A stretch of 64,000 nt of DNA, from positions 7,256,001-7,320,000 of the forward strand of contig CM119371.1 in assembly GCA_051294905.1 (NCBI GenBank), written 5' to 3'. Position 1 is the stretch's first letter; every line of letters starts with the position of its first letter. Under the pieces are notes generated by a model. It ran no database searches, was not told the origin of the DNA, and saw nothing but the letters and a program-made list of their open reading frames with translations. Positions 37,399-49,800 of the stretch are shown piece after piece. Made by a program: the position numbers and the translations under genes. This stretch comes from Botryllus schlosseri. Taxonomy: Eukaryota.

Positions 37399-40300
37399 CT
37401 ATAGTCCCGGTTCTTCTGCCTTCTTCAGTAAAATCAACTTCTGAATCGGTCGCTCCAGAAGCAAGGCATCTTTCGTTCTTCTGCCCTTAGAATCAAGAGC
37501 GGAGTTTGCGACACGACACAAAACTCTGCGAACATGTCCATCTTCATTCGGGTAAACCTTGTCGATTCGTGCCATTTTCCAACAGTTTCTGGGACTGTTG
37601 TCATCAACGATGATCACTATATCATCAACTTTCAAATCACGACGGGTTGAGTTCCACTTTGGACGTTCTTGTAATGATTGTAAATACTCTTTCCGCCATC
37701 TTTGCCAAAATTCATTCGATAAATGCTGAACACGACGCCAACGTTTCCTCAAATACATGTCAGGTTTCCCAAATATTCCGGGTGGTGGTAACACCAATTT
37801 CGTCTTCATAGTCAAAATATTGTGTGGAGACAAAGGCATAAGTCCATCTGGATTTGTCAAGTTCTCCATAGTCAGCGGCCTGCTGTTCACAATATTTTCT
37901 GCTTCCACCATGAACGTGTGAAGCGAATCTTCATCCAGCTGGTGACCATTCTTCATCAACAAAGACGAAAGAACAGCTCGACAGCTACGAATCTGTCTTT
38001 CCCATACTCCTCCTTGATAAGATGCTGAAGGCGCATTAAATTTGAACGGAAAATAATCACACTCGTCCATCAAAAGCGACTTCTGAATTTTATCATGATT
38101 CATCAGCTTATAAGCTTGCTGTAACTCTCTGGATGCCCCAACAAAGTTAGAGCCTCTGTCACAACGAATTTGACGTACCGGTCCATTACGACATACAAAA
38201 CGACGTAAAGCATTCAAAAAGCTATCAGTTTCCAAACTGGTGGCTACTTCTATGCGGACAGCACGGCTGGACAAGCAGGTAAAGAGTACACCATACCTTT
38301 TCAATTCTTTGCGACCCTGCTTGATGATCCATGGTCCAAAAATATCCAAACCGCAATAACTGAAAGGTGCCTCCACTTCGATTCTGTCGGCGGGCAAATC
38401 AGCCATCTTCTGCTGCAATACTTGTCCTCGCAGTCTGCAACAGGTGCAACAATTCGAAATGCACTGAGAAATCATTCTTGTTGCTCCAATTATCCAAAAT
38501 CCTGCATTTCGTATTGTATTTTGTGTGATTCCACGTCCTTGATGGTTTGCGTTCTCATGGTAGTGTTGAATTATAAGTTTTGTCAAGTGATGATTTTTCG
38601 GTAGTATGACTGGGTGTTTCAACCTTTCTGGTAAACTTGACAAAAGCAATCTCCCTCCAACACGAAGCAATCCATATGAATCCACGAACGGGTGCAGTTT
38701 GTACATACAGGAAGATTTCTTTACTTTCACACTCCTGTCGGTACTTCCGTCACCAACATCCTCACACGTTTCAATGTCCTTCAATTCTTCTTGGAAAACA
38801 TCATACTGCACCAACTTGATTACGCAACATTTGGCTTTGTTCATTTCTTGCACTGATACTGGTGCCCTTATCTCATCATAATTGGGTGAAATCTTACTCT
38901 TTCTGGCATCCAATTTGATTTTCCAATACTTGATAAATCTTTTCATAACCGCTGTGAAAAGACGAACTTTCCGCCACGATGAATGATAACACATCTTTTC
39001 AAGAAGATTTGGCAACTCAACTTCTCCTTTAGTTGTCAAAACAGTTGCTTTCCTAACTTCTGGATCTTCTTCATTCAACGCAGAAAATTCATTTGAGCTC
39101 TTCGAGTCAGCAGGTAATGACTTCCACAAAAAACTTGGACCATTCAAATACCGGCACTGATTCGTCAGTTCCTTTGCAGTCAGTCCTCTCGATGCATCGT
39201 CAGCAACATTATCCTTTGTCGGCACATGAAGCCAATCATTGGTCTGACTGTGGCTTCGAATTTCTTCCACACGATTCGCAATGTAAGTATGGAATCTTTT
39301 AGACTCGTTCGAAATATATCCCAAAACAACTGAACTGTCTGTCCAATAAGTTTCTGTCAGATGCTCATATTCCAACTCGTCTTGTAACATCTTTCCAACA
39401 CGCACAGAAACCACAGCGGCAGTTAATTCCAATCGCGGTACTGTCACAAATTTCAAGGGTGCCACTCTTGACTTTCCAATAACAAAGGAACAATGGATAT
39501 TGTTGATGTCATCAATAAGACGCAAATATGAGCATTGTCCATATGCCTTATTTGAAGCATCACTGAAATGATGCAATTCGGCTTTCCTAATATCACCGAA
39601 ACCTTCTGGTTTGAAGCATCTTCTCACTTTCAATTCTGAAATAAGTGGCAGTTCACTGATCCATTTCTCCCAACGTGGCTTTAGATCAGCTGGCAAAGCT
39701 TCATCCCAGTCCTTTTTATCTTTTACCATACTTTGAAGGATGAGCTTTCCTTCCAAAACCAGAGGAGCTAAATAGCCACACGGATCATAAATACTGCAAA
39801 CAGTTCCAAGTAATCCACGCCTGGTGAAGGGTCTTTCCTTCACTGAAACCCGAAACATGAAACTGTCGGACTCAATACACCATTCAACGCCCAGAGTTCT
39901 CAGAACAGGTAGGCTGTCACGTGCCAAATCAATATTTTTCACCTCCGAGCATCTATCTTCAACAGGAATCTTACTCAAAACCTCAGTGTTGTTGGCAGCA
40001 AACTTCGTGAGATTAAAACCTCCTCTTTTACAAACTTCTTTACAGGACTTCGTCAACAATAAACTTTCCGAAATGGAATCACAGCTGGCAAGAATATCGT
40101 CCACATATGAACTTGATATTATCACTTTGGCTACATCAGCACCAAACTCTTCTGCATTGTCCTCGGCAGTCTTCTTCAGAGCAAATATACTACAGCCAGG
40201 TGACGAAGAAACACCAAATGAATGTACAGTCATTCTGTATTCTACAGGATCCCTGCTCGTATCTCCATTTTCCCACCAGAGGAAGCGAAAGAAGTCTCGA

Positions 40301-43300
40301 TATTCTGGTTTCAGATGAACCGAATAAAACATCTGCTCAATGTCCGCAGTGAAGCAATACAATCCTTTACGGAATCTTAACATGACTCCAATTATGGAAT
40401 TCGTCAAACATGGTCCTGGAAGCAAGAGATCATTCAGACATTCTCCCTGATACTTTGCGCTTCCATCGTACACAACTCGAATTTTATTCGGTTTCGTAGG
40501 ATGGTAGACTCCATGATGAATCAAATACCAGGTCTGTCCAGGAGTCCCGCGATCATCTTTCTTAACTTTCTCAGCATAACCTTTACTAATGATCTTTTCC
40601 ATGAACTCACAGTAGTCATGTTTATACTTCGGATCTTGAGACATTTTCTTCTTCACTGCCTGCAATCGTTTGATGGCAAGTGGTTTGTTGTTACGAATTT
40701 TCGGCTCATTACGAAATGGTAACGGTAGCTCATAATGTCCAGTTGCCGTCTTCTCTATTCCATTTTCACAAATTCTCAAAAACTTCTTGTCTTCTATAGA
40801 TATTGGCTTGTCTGAAAGGCTGGCTGACATGATGCCAGGTTTTGAAGAAATTTCTGAAAAATCTTGTTCAAAGCATTTCAGCACAGTCACTGGATTAATT
40901 AATTCTTTGGTCTGATGAATTGGTACAAAACTCGAATTGTTAACATTGTGACTCACAATGCGATTACAATGCAGAGTGCTTGGACATGATTTTGTTACAA
41001 GGCCAACTATACTCCATCCCAACACTGATTTAATAGCATAGCTGTTGGACTCTTTATCAGTGATAACTTCCATGGGACTCAGAGCCTCGATGCAATCTGT
41101 GCCTATCAGAATGCCAACATCAATATTGGAGTCAAATTCCACACATTCACTCATTATGCCTTGGTACTTAGGGCAATCTTTGATCATAGACCTTGACACT
41201 ACTTGTTCAGTGCTTACGGGTATCTCATCAGTAGAATAACACGAAGGTAAATCAATATAAGGTCCGCCCAATCCTCTCACTCTCAACCCCTTTACTTTTC
41301 GAGCCGCAGCCATAGTAACGTTATAAAGAGTAGTGATACGAAGATTTACCTCATGTGATTCAATATCAAACTGGTCCATCAACTTCTCAGAGATGAAGGT
41401 GCAATCACTGTGTTCATCCAAAGCACAATACGTTTTGATCTCCTTTTCTGGATGCAGCGCATCTTGAATCCAAACCGGCACGATTCTCGTCGACTTAACC
41501 CGATCTATTCCAGTCATGAGACAATTTGCGGAACTTGTCTTCTGCTTACTTGTAGCAGGTCTTGACTCTGGAGTAGATCTCTGCATAACTTCCTTGTCGG
41601 TACTGTCCCTATGGAGAACTGTCGGGTGAACCTTGTTGCATACTTCACATCTGAGTCTATGTCTGCAGAACTTTGTGATATGATTCTGCTTCAAACACCC
41701 GAAACAGAGTCTGTTCTCACGAAGGAACTGAATCTTTGCTGAATATTCTGCATCTTTGAAACTGGCACATTTGAATAATCCATGTTGTCCATGACAGTAG
41801 AGACAGTTCAATTCCTTTCTGGATTCACTTCCAAACTTAGGTGCACTCTCTTGCTTACCATCGCTGTCGACTTGGTCACATGAATTCGTAGCGAATGTAC
41901 GTGCACTTTTATAATCCTTCTTGTAAGGAGCGTGAATCTTCCTGTTCTCTGCCACAATCTGGTTCAAGATAGCAGTGCCATAAACAGGCTGCGTAGCAAC
42001 CTTTGCTTCCTTTCTGACATGATCACATAACATCAAAAATGTTGCAGAACTGGAGAGAGCAATTCTGTTACGATTACATTCATTTGCTTCAGCGACAAGG
42101 TTATGGCCATTAGCAGATTCTTTGGCTTCTGCAATGATTCTGGACCAATTATCTCTCTGAGCTGCAGACAACTTGGATACAATACTTTGATTGACCTTCT
42201 CATCATTTATAGACAAGTACTTGGAATTTGTCATTAAAGTCTTGCAGCTGGTCAGGAAACTTGAAAATTGTCTGAGTCCCTTACCTCCATCTGTTGTAGA
42301 GATCACAGGCCATTCTAGTATCTTCATTCTGTAACTGTTGGTAATCGCATCAGGATCTCCATACCAATCTTCCAAAATTTGCTGGGCTTCATTGTAACTT
42401 TCTGTGGTAGGATTCACAAGAAACATATTAATATGCTGATTTGCTTCTCCTGCAGTGTATTTATTCAAGTAACTCAGCCGTCTACTTGGATCCTTCACGT
42501 TTCTTTCAATTAATTCTGTGAAACGAGTCTTCCATACAGGATACTCCAATATGTCACCACGGAATACCTTTGGCTCCTCACATGGCAGGATCGGCATAGA
42601 CCTGTGAGACTGCTTGGTTGGCTCAACAGGTGAATCAACTTCTAGAGATTCTTTGCGAGCAACAGGACGTGATGTAATCAATGGTTCGTTGAACACAGCA
42701 CATGGAGAAAAAGGTGTAGACTGTGGGTTTAATCTAGTAACCGATGGCACTTGAGTACCTGAAATTTCGATTGGAACAGGAGTCACTTGCAATGATCTGG
42801 ATGCTGGATTCAAAGTCGGCTTCGGTGTAGGAACCACAAGCGGATTCATAGTCTCCATTGCTATATCAGGTCCATGATCAACATCTGCTAGGATCCGTTC
42901 TCGGACACGAGCTTTGTCCCTTTCTCTCTGCAACTTTAAATGCTCCATCTGTTGCTTAATCCTGGTTTGAGAAGCATCAAGTTTAGCACGTAATCGTCTG
43001 TTATCTGCTTCCAATTCCGCTTCCAATTCCTCTTTTTTCTGTTCTTCTAACACAAGCCTCTGGCTTAATTCGTTTTCAGCTGCTGAATACCGTAGGTCTA
43101 CATCTAACGCAGCTCTTTCAGCAGCTGCTTCTGAACGTTGTTGCTTTATTGAGGAAGCATTGGACCTACAAGAACGTACTGAACGTTTACCTTTGGACGA
43201 GCTTGAACGGGAGGATCTCATGGAAATTGAATCTGATTCTTCGGCTTCGACCCGATGGATAGTTTCATTTATAGAGTTCACTGCTTCATTGTACCTCTCA

Positions 43301-43692
43301 TTTGCTCGAGCAAATTTACTATTTGCATCTTCAATCTCATCTGGCTCAATAAGCTTAGTCACATACGTCTGATGAGCATCAGAAAATTCCTTGAAAGCAT
43401 CAGTCAGTTTTATTTTTCCTTGTTTAAGTATGTGTAGCTCGGCTCCTGATACCAGGCTTAGTACTTCAGTGGTCGTCTTTGTTAGAGCCAAACGTGTTGA
43501 CTTGACCTTATCTCGGCACATAGCAATAGCATATTCAGTACCTTTCTCTGTCGGAGTTCTCTTGCGTCCTTCTTGGACGTCTGCTTCAGACACTTCCTGG
43601 TTACTTGTTCCCGCTAATTCATTAGAGGGAATTGCATCTTCAGGTTCCTGACGGGCAGAAGCCTCTGTAATTGGATCATCACTATCAAGCAT
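37399..43692 (-). CDS. BEL/Pao Gag-Pol polyprotein (~2100 aa)
   Basis: Three Cys/His knuckles (CLYCHGQHGLFKC, CFGCLKQNHITKFC, CEVCNKVHPTVLH), protease ALDEHSD, RT YVDD, RNase H HHFSDAS..AYG, integrase HHCC plus GLDIFGP/CDRGSNF/GVWER; domain order PR-RT-RH-IN. First ATG at 43692. Confidence 0.96.
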   Translation of the reverse strand: MLDSDDPITEASARQEPEDAIPSNELAGTSNQEVSEADVQEGRKRTPTEKGTEYAIAMCRDKVKSTRLALTKTTTEVLSLVSGAELHILKQGKIKLTDAFKEFSDAHQTYVTKLIEPDEIEDANSKFARANERYNEAVNSINETIHRVEAEESDSISMRSSRSSSSKGKRSVRSCRSNASSIKQQRSEAAAERAALDVDLRYSAAENELSQRLVLEEQKKEELEAELEADNRRLRAKLDASQTRIKQQMEHLKLQRERDKARVRERILADVDHGPDIAMETMNPLVVPTPKPTLNPASRSLQVTPVPIEISGTQVPSVTRLNPQSTPFSPCAVFNEPLITSRPVARKESLEVDSPVEPTKQSHRSMPILPCEEPKVFRGDILEYPVWKTRFTELIERNVKDPSRRLSYLNKYTAGEANQHINMFLVNPTTESYNEAQQILEDWYGDPDAITNSYRMKILEWPVISTTDGGKGLRQFSSFLTSCKTLMTNSKYLSINDEKVNQSIVSKLSAAQRDNWSRIIAEAKESANGHNLVAEANECNRNRIALSSSATFLMLCDHVRKEAKVATQPVYGTAILNQIVAENRKIHAPYKKDYKSARTFATNSCDQVDSDGKQESAPKFGSESRKELNCLYCHGQHGLFKCASFKDAEYSAKIQFLRENRLCFGCLKQNHITKFCRHRLRCEVCNKVHPTVLHRDSTDKEVMQRSTPESRPATSKQKTSSANCLMTGIDRVKSTRIVPVWIQDALHPEKEIKTYCALDEHSDCTFISEKLMDQFDIESHEVNLRITTLYNVTMAAARKVKGLRVRGLGGPYIDLPSCYSTDEIPVSTEQVVSRSMIKDCPKYQGIMSECVEFDSNIDVGILIGTDCIEALSPMEVITDKESNSYAIKSVLGWSIVGLVTKSCPSTLHCNRIVSHNVNNSSFVPIHQTKELINPVTVLKCFEQDFSEISSKPGIMSASLSDKPISIEDKKFLRICENGIEKTATGHYELPLPFRNEPKIRNNKPLAIKRLQAVKKKMSQDPKYKHDYCEFMEKIISKGYAEKVKKDDRGTPGQTWYLIHHGVYHPTKPNKIRVVYDGSAKYQGECLNDLLLPGPCLTNSIIGVMLRFRKGLYCFTADIEQMFYSVHLKPEYRDFFRFLWWENGDTSRDPVEYRMTVHSFGVSSSPGCSIFALKKTAEDNAEEFGADVAKVIISSSYVDDILASCDSISESLLLTKSCKEVCKRGGFNLTKFAANNTEVLSKIPVEDRCSEVKNIDLARDSLPVLRTLGVEWCIESDSFMFRVSVKERPFTRRGLLGTVCSIYDPCGYLAPLVLEGKLILQSMVKDKKDWDEALPADLKPRWEKWISELPLISELKVRRCFKPEGFGDIRKAELHHFSDASNKAYGQCSYLRLIDDINNIHCSFVIGKSRVAPLKFVTVPRLELTAAVVSVRVGKMLQDELEYEHLTETYWTDSSVVLGYISNESKRFHTYIANRVEEIRSHSQTNDWLHVPTKDNVADDASRGLTAKELTNQCRYLNGPSFLWKSLPADSKSSNEFSALNEEDPEVRKATVLTTKGEVELPNLLEKMCYHSSWRKVRLFTAVMKRFIKYWKIKLDARKSKISPNYDEIRAPVSVQEMNKAKCCVIKLVQYDVFQEELKDIETCEDVGDGSTDRSVKVKKSSCMYKLHPFVDSYGLLRVGGRLLLSSLPERLKHPVILPKNHHLTKLIIQHYHENANHQGRGITQNTIRNAGFWIIGATRMISQCISNCCTCCRLRGQVLQQKMADLPADRIEVEAPFSYCGLDIFGPWIIKQGRKELKRYGVLFTCLSSRAVRIEVATSLETDSFLNALRRFVCRNGPVRQIRCDRGSNFVGASRELQQAYKLMNHDKIQKSLLMDECDYFPFKFNAPSASYQGGVWERQIRSCRAVLSSLLMKNGHQLDEDSLHTFMVEAENIVNSRPLTMENLTNPDGLMPLSPHNILTMKTKLVLPPPGIFGKPDMYLRKRWRRVQHLSNEFWQRWRKEYLQSLQERPKWNSTRRDLKVDDIVIIVDDNSPRNCWKMARIDKVYPNEDGHVRRVLCRVANSALDSKGRRTKDALLLERPIQKLILLKKAEEPGL

Positions 43693-43882
43693 TCTGATTC
43701 CTTCCTTACGGCTCAATAATGATGTCTTGAATCTTTACAGTATAACTCCACCTTCCTTCGGAGTGCAAAACCTTCACCAAGCTTAGGCTGACTTGAAAAT
43801 GTCCACTATTGTTGTGAATTGTTCACTAACAATATCTTGTTCACTATAGATTGTTCAGTAAATTGTTCATTAAATTGTTCAC

Positions 43883-44303
43883 TATTACGGCTCTTCAAGA
43901 TCAACTCGAATTACGTAGCAAGGCTCCCGGTAGTCAACGCGTACCACAACCAAATCCACACTTGTATATCCTTCAATATATTCGTTGACTAAAGCCAAGG
44001 CGCATGAATCTTCTTTTTGCAGTGGAAATACGGAAGTGATACGGTGAACTAAAAGTTACACAAAAACAGAATCAATACTAGCCTACTGAGTCCTACCTAA
44101 CAATGCAAATCTTACCAATTTATTCCGGCAACAATCCTACACTAACATCATTGATCTTAATTACTAATTATGCCTGTAGAAAGGTAAACAATTACTAAAT
44201 ATGCCAATTAAATATGAACAACAGCAGACCAAGAGCACGGCTTACATCAGAATCACACGCATGGCTTGGTACTTCTAAACAACGATGGTACGCTATCGTT
44301 ACA
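43883..44303 (-). repeat. 5' LTR of BEL/Pao element
   Basis: Matches 36891-37311. Confidence 0.95.
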
Positions 44304-46864
44304 GGAATCATTCAATGATACGAGACTTGTTGCTCGAATCGCGGTAGGTTTGTCTTTTAGTTGAAACCATTGATTCGCGGGTAAAGTAAATATTTCCACA
44401 TCACTTGTTGCTTTAGTAGAACTTCCTCCGACAACGACTATCGATCCTGACAAAGAAACTGAGCGAGGCAAGAATCCATGGTCACAAATCATATCGTTCA
44501 TCCTTTCCCATTTTGAATTTTTGCTCCGAAAATCGAGTCGATGAACTGATTTATTCCAACATAAAATGTAGATATACGTGTCTAGAGAAATCGCCGAGAA
44601 TTTTAATAAATTCTCAAACTTCTCATCATGAAACTTCTCTACTTTCTCAGTTACTGGATTGAAGGATCGGATACAATCTGCTTTACGATCAAAAAGAATT
44701 ATCAATTCATCTTTGTCCGTTTTCTGTGACGCTTTTGAAGCTTTCAACAGATGTCCAGTGATCAACTTGTACAATTCAAAGTCATTACTGATAATTTGGT
44801 TTGATTCCAAAAGACGTTGTAAATATGCCGGAGAGACTTTATCAAACTTGATCGCTTCAAGACATTCGCGCAAATATTCCTGATTTTTGCGATTTTTCTC
44901 GACCCAATTGAACAGCAACGTTAATTTTTCTTCTTCGCATAATTTTGATTGTTCCAACTTCACAAAATTCCGGATGAAAGTTTTTTCAATATTTCCAAAT
45001 TCAGGTTGGTTTGAAATTTCCATAATATTTTCATGAAAACATTCTCTACATCGCGTAGACACGGCATCCAGTCCATACATATCGGCGACATTTCTTGTAG
45101 AAAAGTAATTCTTTACATTCAGTGATTCCTCCAAAACGTCAGATACTGCCTGTTTTATGTCATCCAACTGCATCATGATTGCGACATGAAGAAGATCATT
45201 CATATTTTCATCAGGAATCTCAAATTTACCAGAATATATGAAATCAATGCAGTTTTTCACACACTGAGAATCGACCTCTTTCAAAACGACTTTCCCTTCG
45301 CGACTCTCTTTAGTGTCGTGTTTCAACATAGCTTTGAAATAAGCACAACCAGCCGACAATACATTTTTGTGAGTGTAATAGACATCATCTCCTACTTGAA
45401 TTATGAAATCACAATGATCGTTTTCTTGCTTCATTCGATGTAATTCTTCCATCATCTTCATTGAATGTTGCTCTACATTTCGAGACAAAATCTGCACCAT
45501 GATTGTCGATCAAATACAGTATATAATTATCTTACGATTATTATAATATAGTCAAGCACTGTTATCGAATTAAAGATTAGTTAACTCAAGTAATGCCTGT
45601 TGAAAGAATCATAATACGTATATCAACGGCATGAGTATGAATTGAAGGAAATTCAACTACACACAAGGCGAACACTAAACAGTGCTAAATCAGAGTCATC
45701 CCTGCCAAAATGCAGTAATGAAAACTTCTTCCATCGATTTGCCTCAAGTTTTATTTGTTGTATCAACACGAAACTTAAGAGTTATTGCGGTCGATTACCA
45801 TTGTCTCGCGAATGATCGAGTTGATTACCCGTAATCTAAATTGTATTTTGGAACATCAAAAATAATTTCATACTGTGGTATATTCCAGGGGTGGCCGCAT
45901 CTGTTTAAATTCTCCAACCGAACATCACAAAGATTGGTTACAAAGTAGCCGCAACATGAAAGATCACGCTTATTTCACTCAGAGATGCCACTGGAATATT
46001 TCGGAAAAACACGGATGTGGAGGCAAAATAAAACCAGATCCTATATTTTACTTAAATTTCGATAAGATTACTGTGAAACTGGAGCCTGACAGTCATCAAT
46101 TACAGTAATACGGTTATAGAAGTCTTCAACATTGAATCTCCAACAGTTCAGGAAAGGAATGGACGTAGTTTATTTTTGAACTTGATGTTTTTGCGGCATA
46201 TAAACCGACTCACGATAGACATACACACGATCTGTGCATATGCAATGCATAACATGAGTGCATGATGTGCATATGCTACTGGACATTGGACAAGGAAGGT
46301 AGTAGGTACAGATATAGCCTGATTCATGCTATATATTTTGCTCGGTTAACACTGCAAATATGTTGTTTTCCTCTAGACGCATTGGTATGAAACAATTGGC
46401 GCGCGGTTTCAATACTTAATGGAATATTCAATATGTCATTGCACTGCGAATGGTCGTATAACAGTGCCACCCATTCCCCATTTCTGAGGATGATTATCAT
46501 GTCTTTTCAGTGACCTGACCAGATTGAAAGTAATAGGTTTCGATTGATTAATCCTGGGACAATCACTCTTATCCGGGATAATGAACCATACCCATTTTTG
46601 GTCGAAATAATAACTGACGGATCATGAAATGCAGGCTATATTTAAATTTGCTGATAACCAACACCTCTGCCTAAATTGGGGCATCCCTAAAAGACGGAGA
46701 AGCGGAGGCAGCGGAGACAGCGGAGGCAGCGGAGAACGGACCCTAAAACGCGGAAGCAACGGAGACGGCGGAGAGAGCCAAAAATGCCGATTCCTAAAAG
46801 ACGGAGACAGCGGACCTAGCGGAGAGCGGAGATTTCGGTCATTAACCTTTATAGACACGCGCGA

Positions 46865-49800
46865 CATAGCGGACGGATACTGAAAGCGGAGTCCGGGACC
46901 CCGCGAAATGGACATAGCGGACGGTTATATAATATAGAAAGCGGAGATCAGGGCGTATCGGAAGATGTTTCGAAGCAGTGGAGAATAACGGAGAAGTCAG
47001 CCATGCAAGTTCAAGGCCAATTGGGCGACTGATTGCCCATCGATGAGATGACATAGCGGGCGGTTATATAATACAAGGAAAGCGGAGTTCGGGGCGTATC
47101 GGAAGATGTTTCGAAGCAGTGGAGAATAACGGAGAAGTCAGCCATGCAAGTTCAAGGCCAATTGGGCGACTGATTGCCCATCGATGAGATGACATAGCGG
47201 GCGGTTATATAATACAAGGAAAGCGGAGTTCGGGGCGTATCGGAAGATGTTTCGAAGCAGTGGAGAATAACGGAGAAGTCAGCCATGCGAGTTCAAGGCC
47301 AATTGGCGACTGATTGCCCGTCGATGAGATGACACAGCGGGCGTTTATATAATACAAAGAAAGCGGAGTTCGGGGCGTATCGGAAGATGTTTCGAAGCAG
47401 TGGAGAATAACGGAGAAGTCAGCCATATGCAAGTTCAAGGCCAATTGGGCGACTGATTGCCCATCGATGAGATGACATAGCGGGCGGTTATATAATACAA
47501 GGAAAGCGGAGTTCGGGGCGTATCGGAAGATGTTTCGAAGCAGTGGAGAATAACGGAGAAGTCAGCCATGCTATTTCAAGGCCAATTTGGCGACTGATTG
47601 CCCGTCGATGACATGACATAGCGGAGGGATACTGAAAGCGGAGTTCGGGCCCCCGCGAAATAGACATAGCGGACGGTTATATAATATAGAGAGCGGAGAT
47701 CAGGGCGTATCGGAAGATGTTTCGAAGCAGTGGAGAATAACGGAGAAGTCAGCCATGCGAGTTCAGGGCGACTGATTGCCCGTCGATGACATGACATAGC
47801 GGAGGGATACTGAAAGCGGAGTTCGGGCCCCCGCGAAATAGACATAGCGGACGGTTATATAATATAGAGAGCGGAGATCAGGGCGTATCGGAAGATGTTT
47901 CGAAGCAGTGGAGAATAACGGAGAAGTCAGCCATGCAAGTTCAAGGCCAATTGGGCGACTGATTGCCCATCGATGAGATGACATAGCGGGCGGTTATATA
48001 ATACAAGGAAAGCGGAGTTCGGGGCGTATCGGAAGATGTTTCGAAGCAGTGGAGATAACGGAGAAGTCAGCCATGCGAGTTCAAGGCCAATTGGCGACTG
48101 CTGATTGCCCGTCGATGAGATGACACACCGGGCGGTTATATAATACAAAGAAAGCGGAGTTCAGGGCGTATCGGAAGATGTTTCGAAGCAGTGGAGAATA
48201 ACGGAGAAGTCAGCCATGCGAGTTCAAGGCCAATTGGCGACTGATTGCCCGTCGATGAGATGACACAGCGGGCGTTTATATAATACTAAGAAAGCGGAGT
48301 TCGGGGCGTATCGGAAGATGTTTCGAAGCAGTGGAGAATAACGGAGAAGTCAGCCATATGCAAGTTCAAGGCCAATTGGGCGACTGATTGCCCATCGATG
48401 AGATGACATAGCGGGCGGTTATATAATACAAGGAAAGCGGAGTTCGGGGCGTATCGGAAGATGTTTCGAAGCAGTGGAGAATAACGGAGAAGTCAGCCAT
48501 GCTATTTCAAGGCCAATTTGGCGACTGATTGCCCGTCGATGAGATGACATAGCGGAGGGATACTGAAAGCGGAGTTCGGGCCCCCGCGAAATAGACATAG
48601 CGGACGGTTATATAATATAGAGAGCGGAGATCAGGGCGTATCGGAAGATGTTTCGAAGCAGTGGAGAATAACGGAGAAGTCAGCCATGCAAGTTCAAGGC
48701 CAATTGGGCGACTGATTGCCCATCGATGAGATGACATAGCGGGCGGTTATATAATACAAGGAAAGCGGAGTTCGGGGCGTATCGGAAGATGTTTCGAAGC
48801 AGTGGAGATAACGGAGAAGTCAGCCATGCGAGTTCAAGGCCAATTGGCGACTGCTGATTGCCCGTCGATGAGATGACACAGCGGGCGGTTATATAATACA
48901 AAGAAAGCGGAGTTCGGGGCGTATCGGAAGATGTTTCGAAGCAGTGGAGAATAACGGAGAAGTCAGCCATATGCAAGTTCAAGGCCAATTGGCGACTGCT
49001 GATTGCCCGTCGATGAGATGACACAGCGGGCGGTTATATAATACTAAGAAAGCGGAGTTCGGGGCGTATCGGAAGATGTTTCGAAGCAGTGGAGAATAAC
49101 GGAGAAGTCAGCCATGCGAGTTCAAGGCCAATTGGCGACTGATTGCCCGTCGATGAGATGACACAGCGGGCGTTTATATAATACTAAGAAAGCGGAGTTC
49201 GGGGCGTATCGGAAGATGTTTCGAAGCAGTGGAGAATAACGGAGAAGTCAGCCATATGCAAGTTCAAGGCCAATTGGGCGACTGATTGCCCATCGATGAG
49301 ATGACATAGCGGGCGGTTATATAATACAAGGAAAGCGGAGTTCGGGGCGTATCGGAAGATGTTTCGAAGCAGTGGAGAATAACGGAGAAGTCAGCCATGC
49401 TATTTCAAGGCCAATTTGGCGACTGATTGCCCGTCGATGAGATGACATAGCGGAGGGATACTGAAAGCGGAGTTCGGGCCCCCGCGAAATAGACATAGCG
49501 GACGGTTATATAATATAGAGAGCGGAGATCAGGGCGTATCGGAAGATGTTTCGAAGCAGTGGAGAATAACGGAGAAGTCAGCCATGCAAGTTCAAGGCCA
49601 ATTGGGCGACTGATTGCCCATCGATGAGATGACATAGCGGGCGGTTATATAATACAAGGAAAGCGGAGTTCGGGGCGTATCGGAAGATGTTTCGAAGCAG
49701 TGGAGATAACGGAGAAGTCAGCCATGCGAGTTCAAGGCCAATTGGCGACTGCTGATTGCCCGTCGATGAGATGACACAGCGGGCGGTTATATAATACAAA

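Larger units (their letters stand above)
36891..44303 (-). mobile_element. Full-length BEL/Pao LTR retrotransposon
   Basis: Two 421-bp LTRs with no difference seen by eye; 5-bp TSD ggaat (36886-36890, 44304-44308); PPT; single gag-pol ORF. Confidence 0.97.
36454..45500 (-). pseudogene. Intronless BTB-BACK-Kelch gene, copy B, interrupted by a BEL/Pao element
   Basis: 5' part 44304-45500 ends ...SLVSLNDS; 3' part 36454-36885 begins IYCIGG. Joining them across the ggaat TSD restores an open frame collinear with copy A. Confidence 0.92.

Noticed and set aside
37822..43651. Plus-strand ORFs inside the BEL element
   Set aside because: Antisense shadows of the gag-pol frame.
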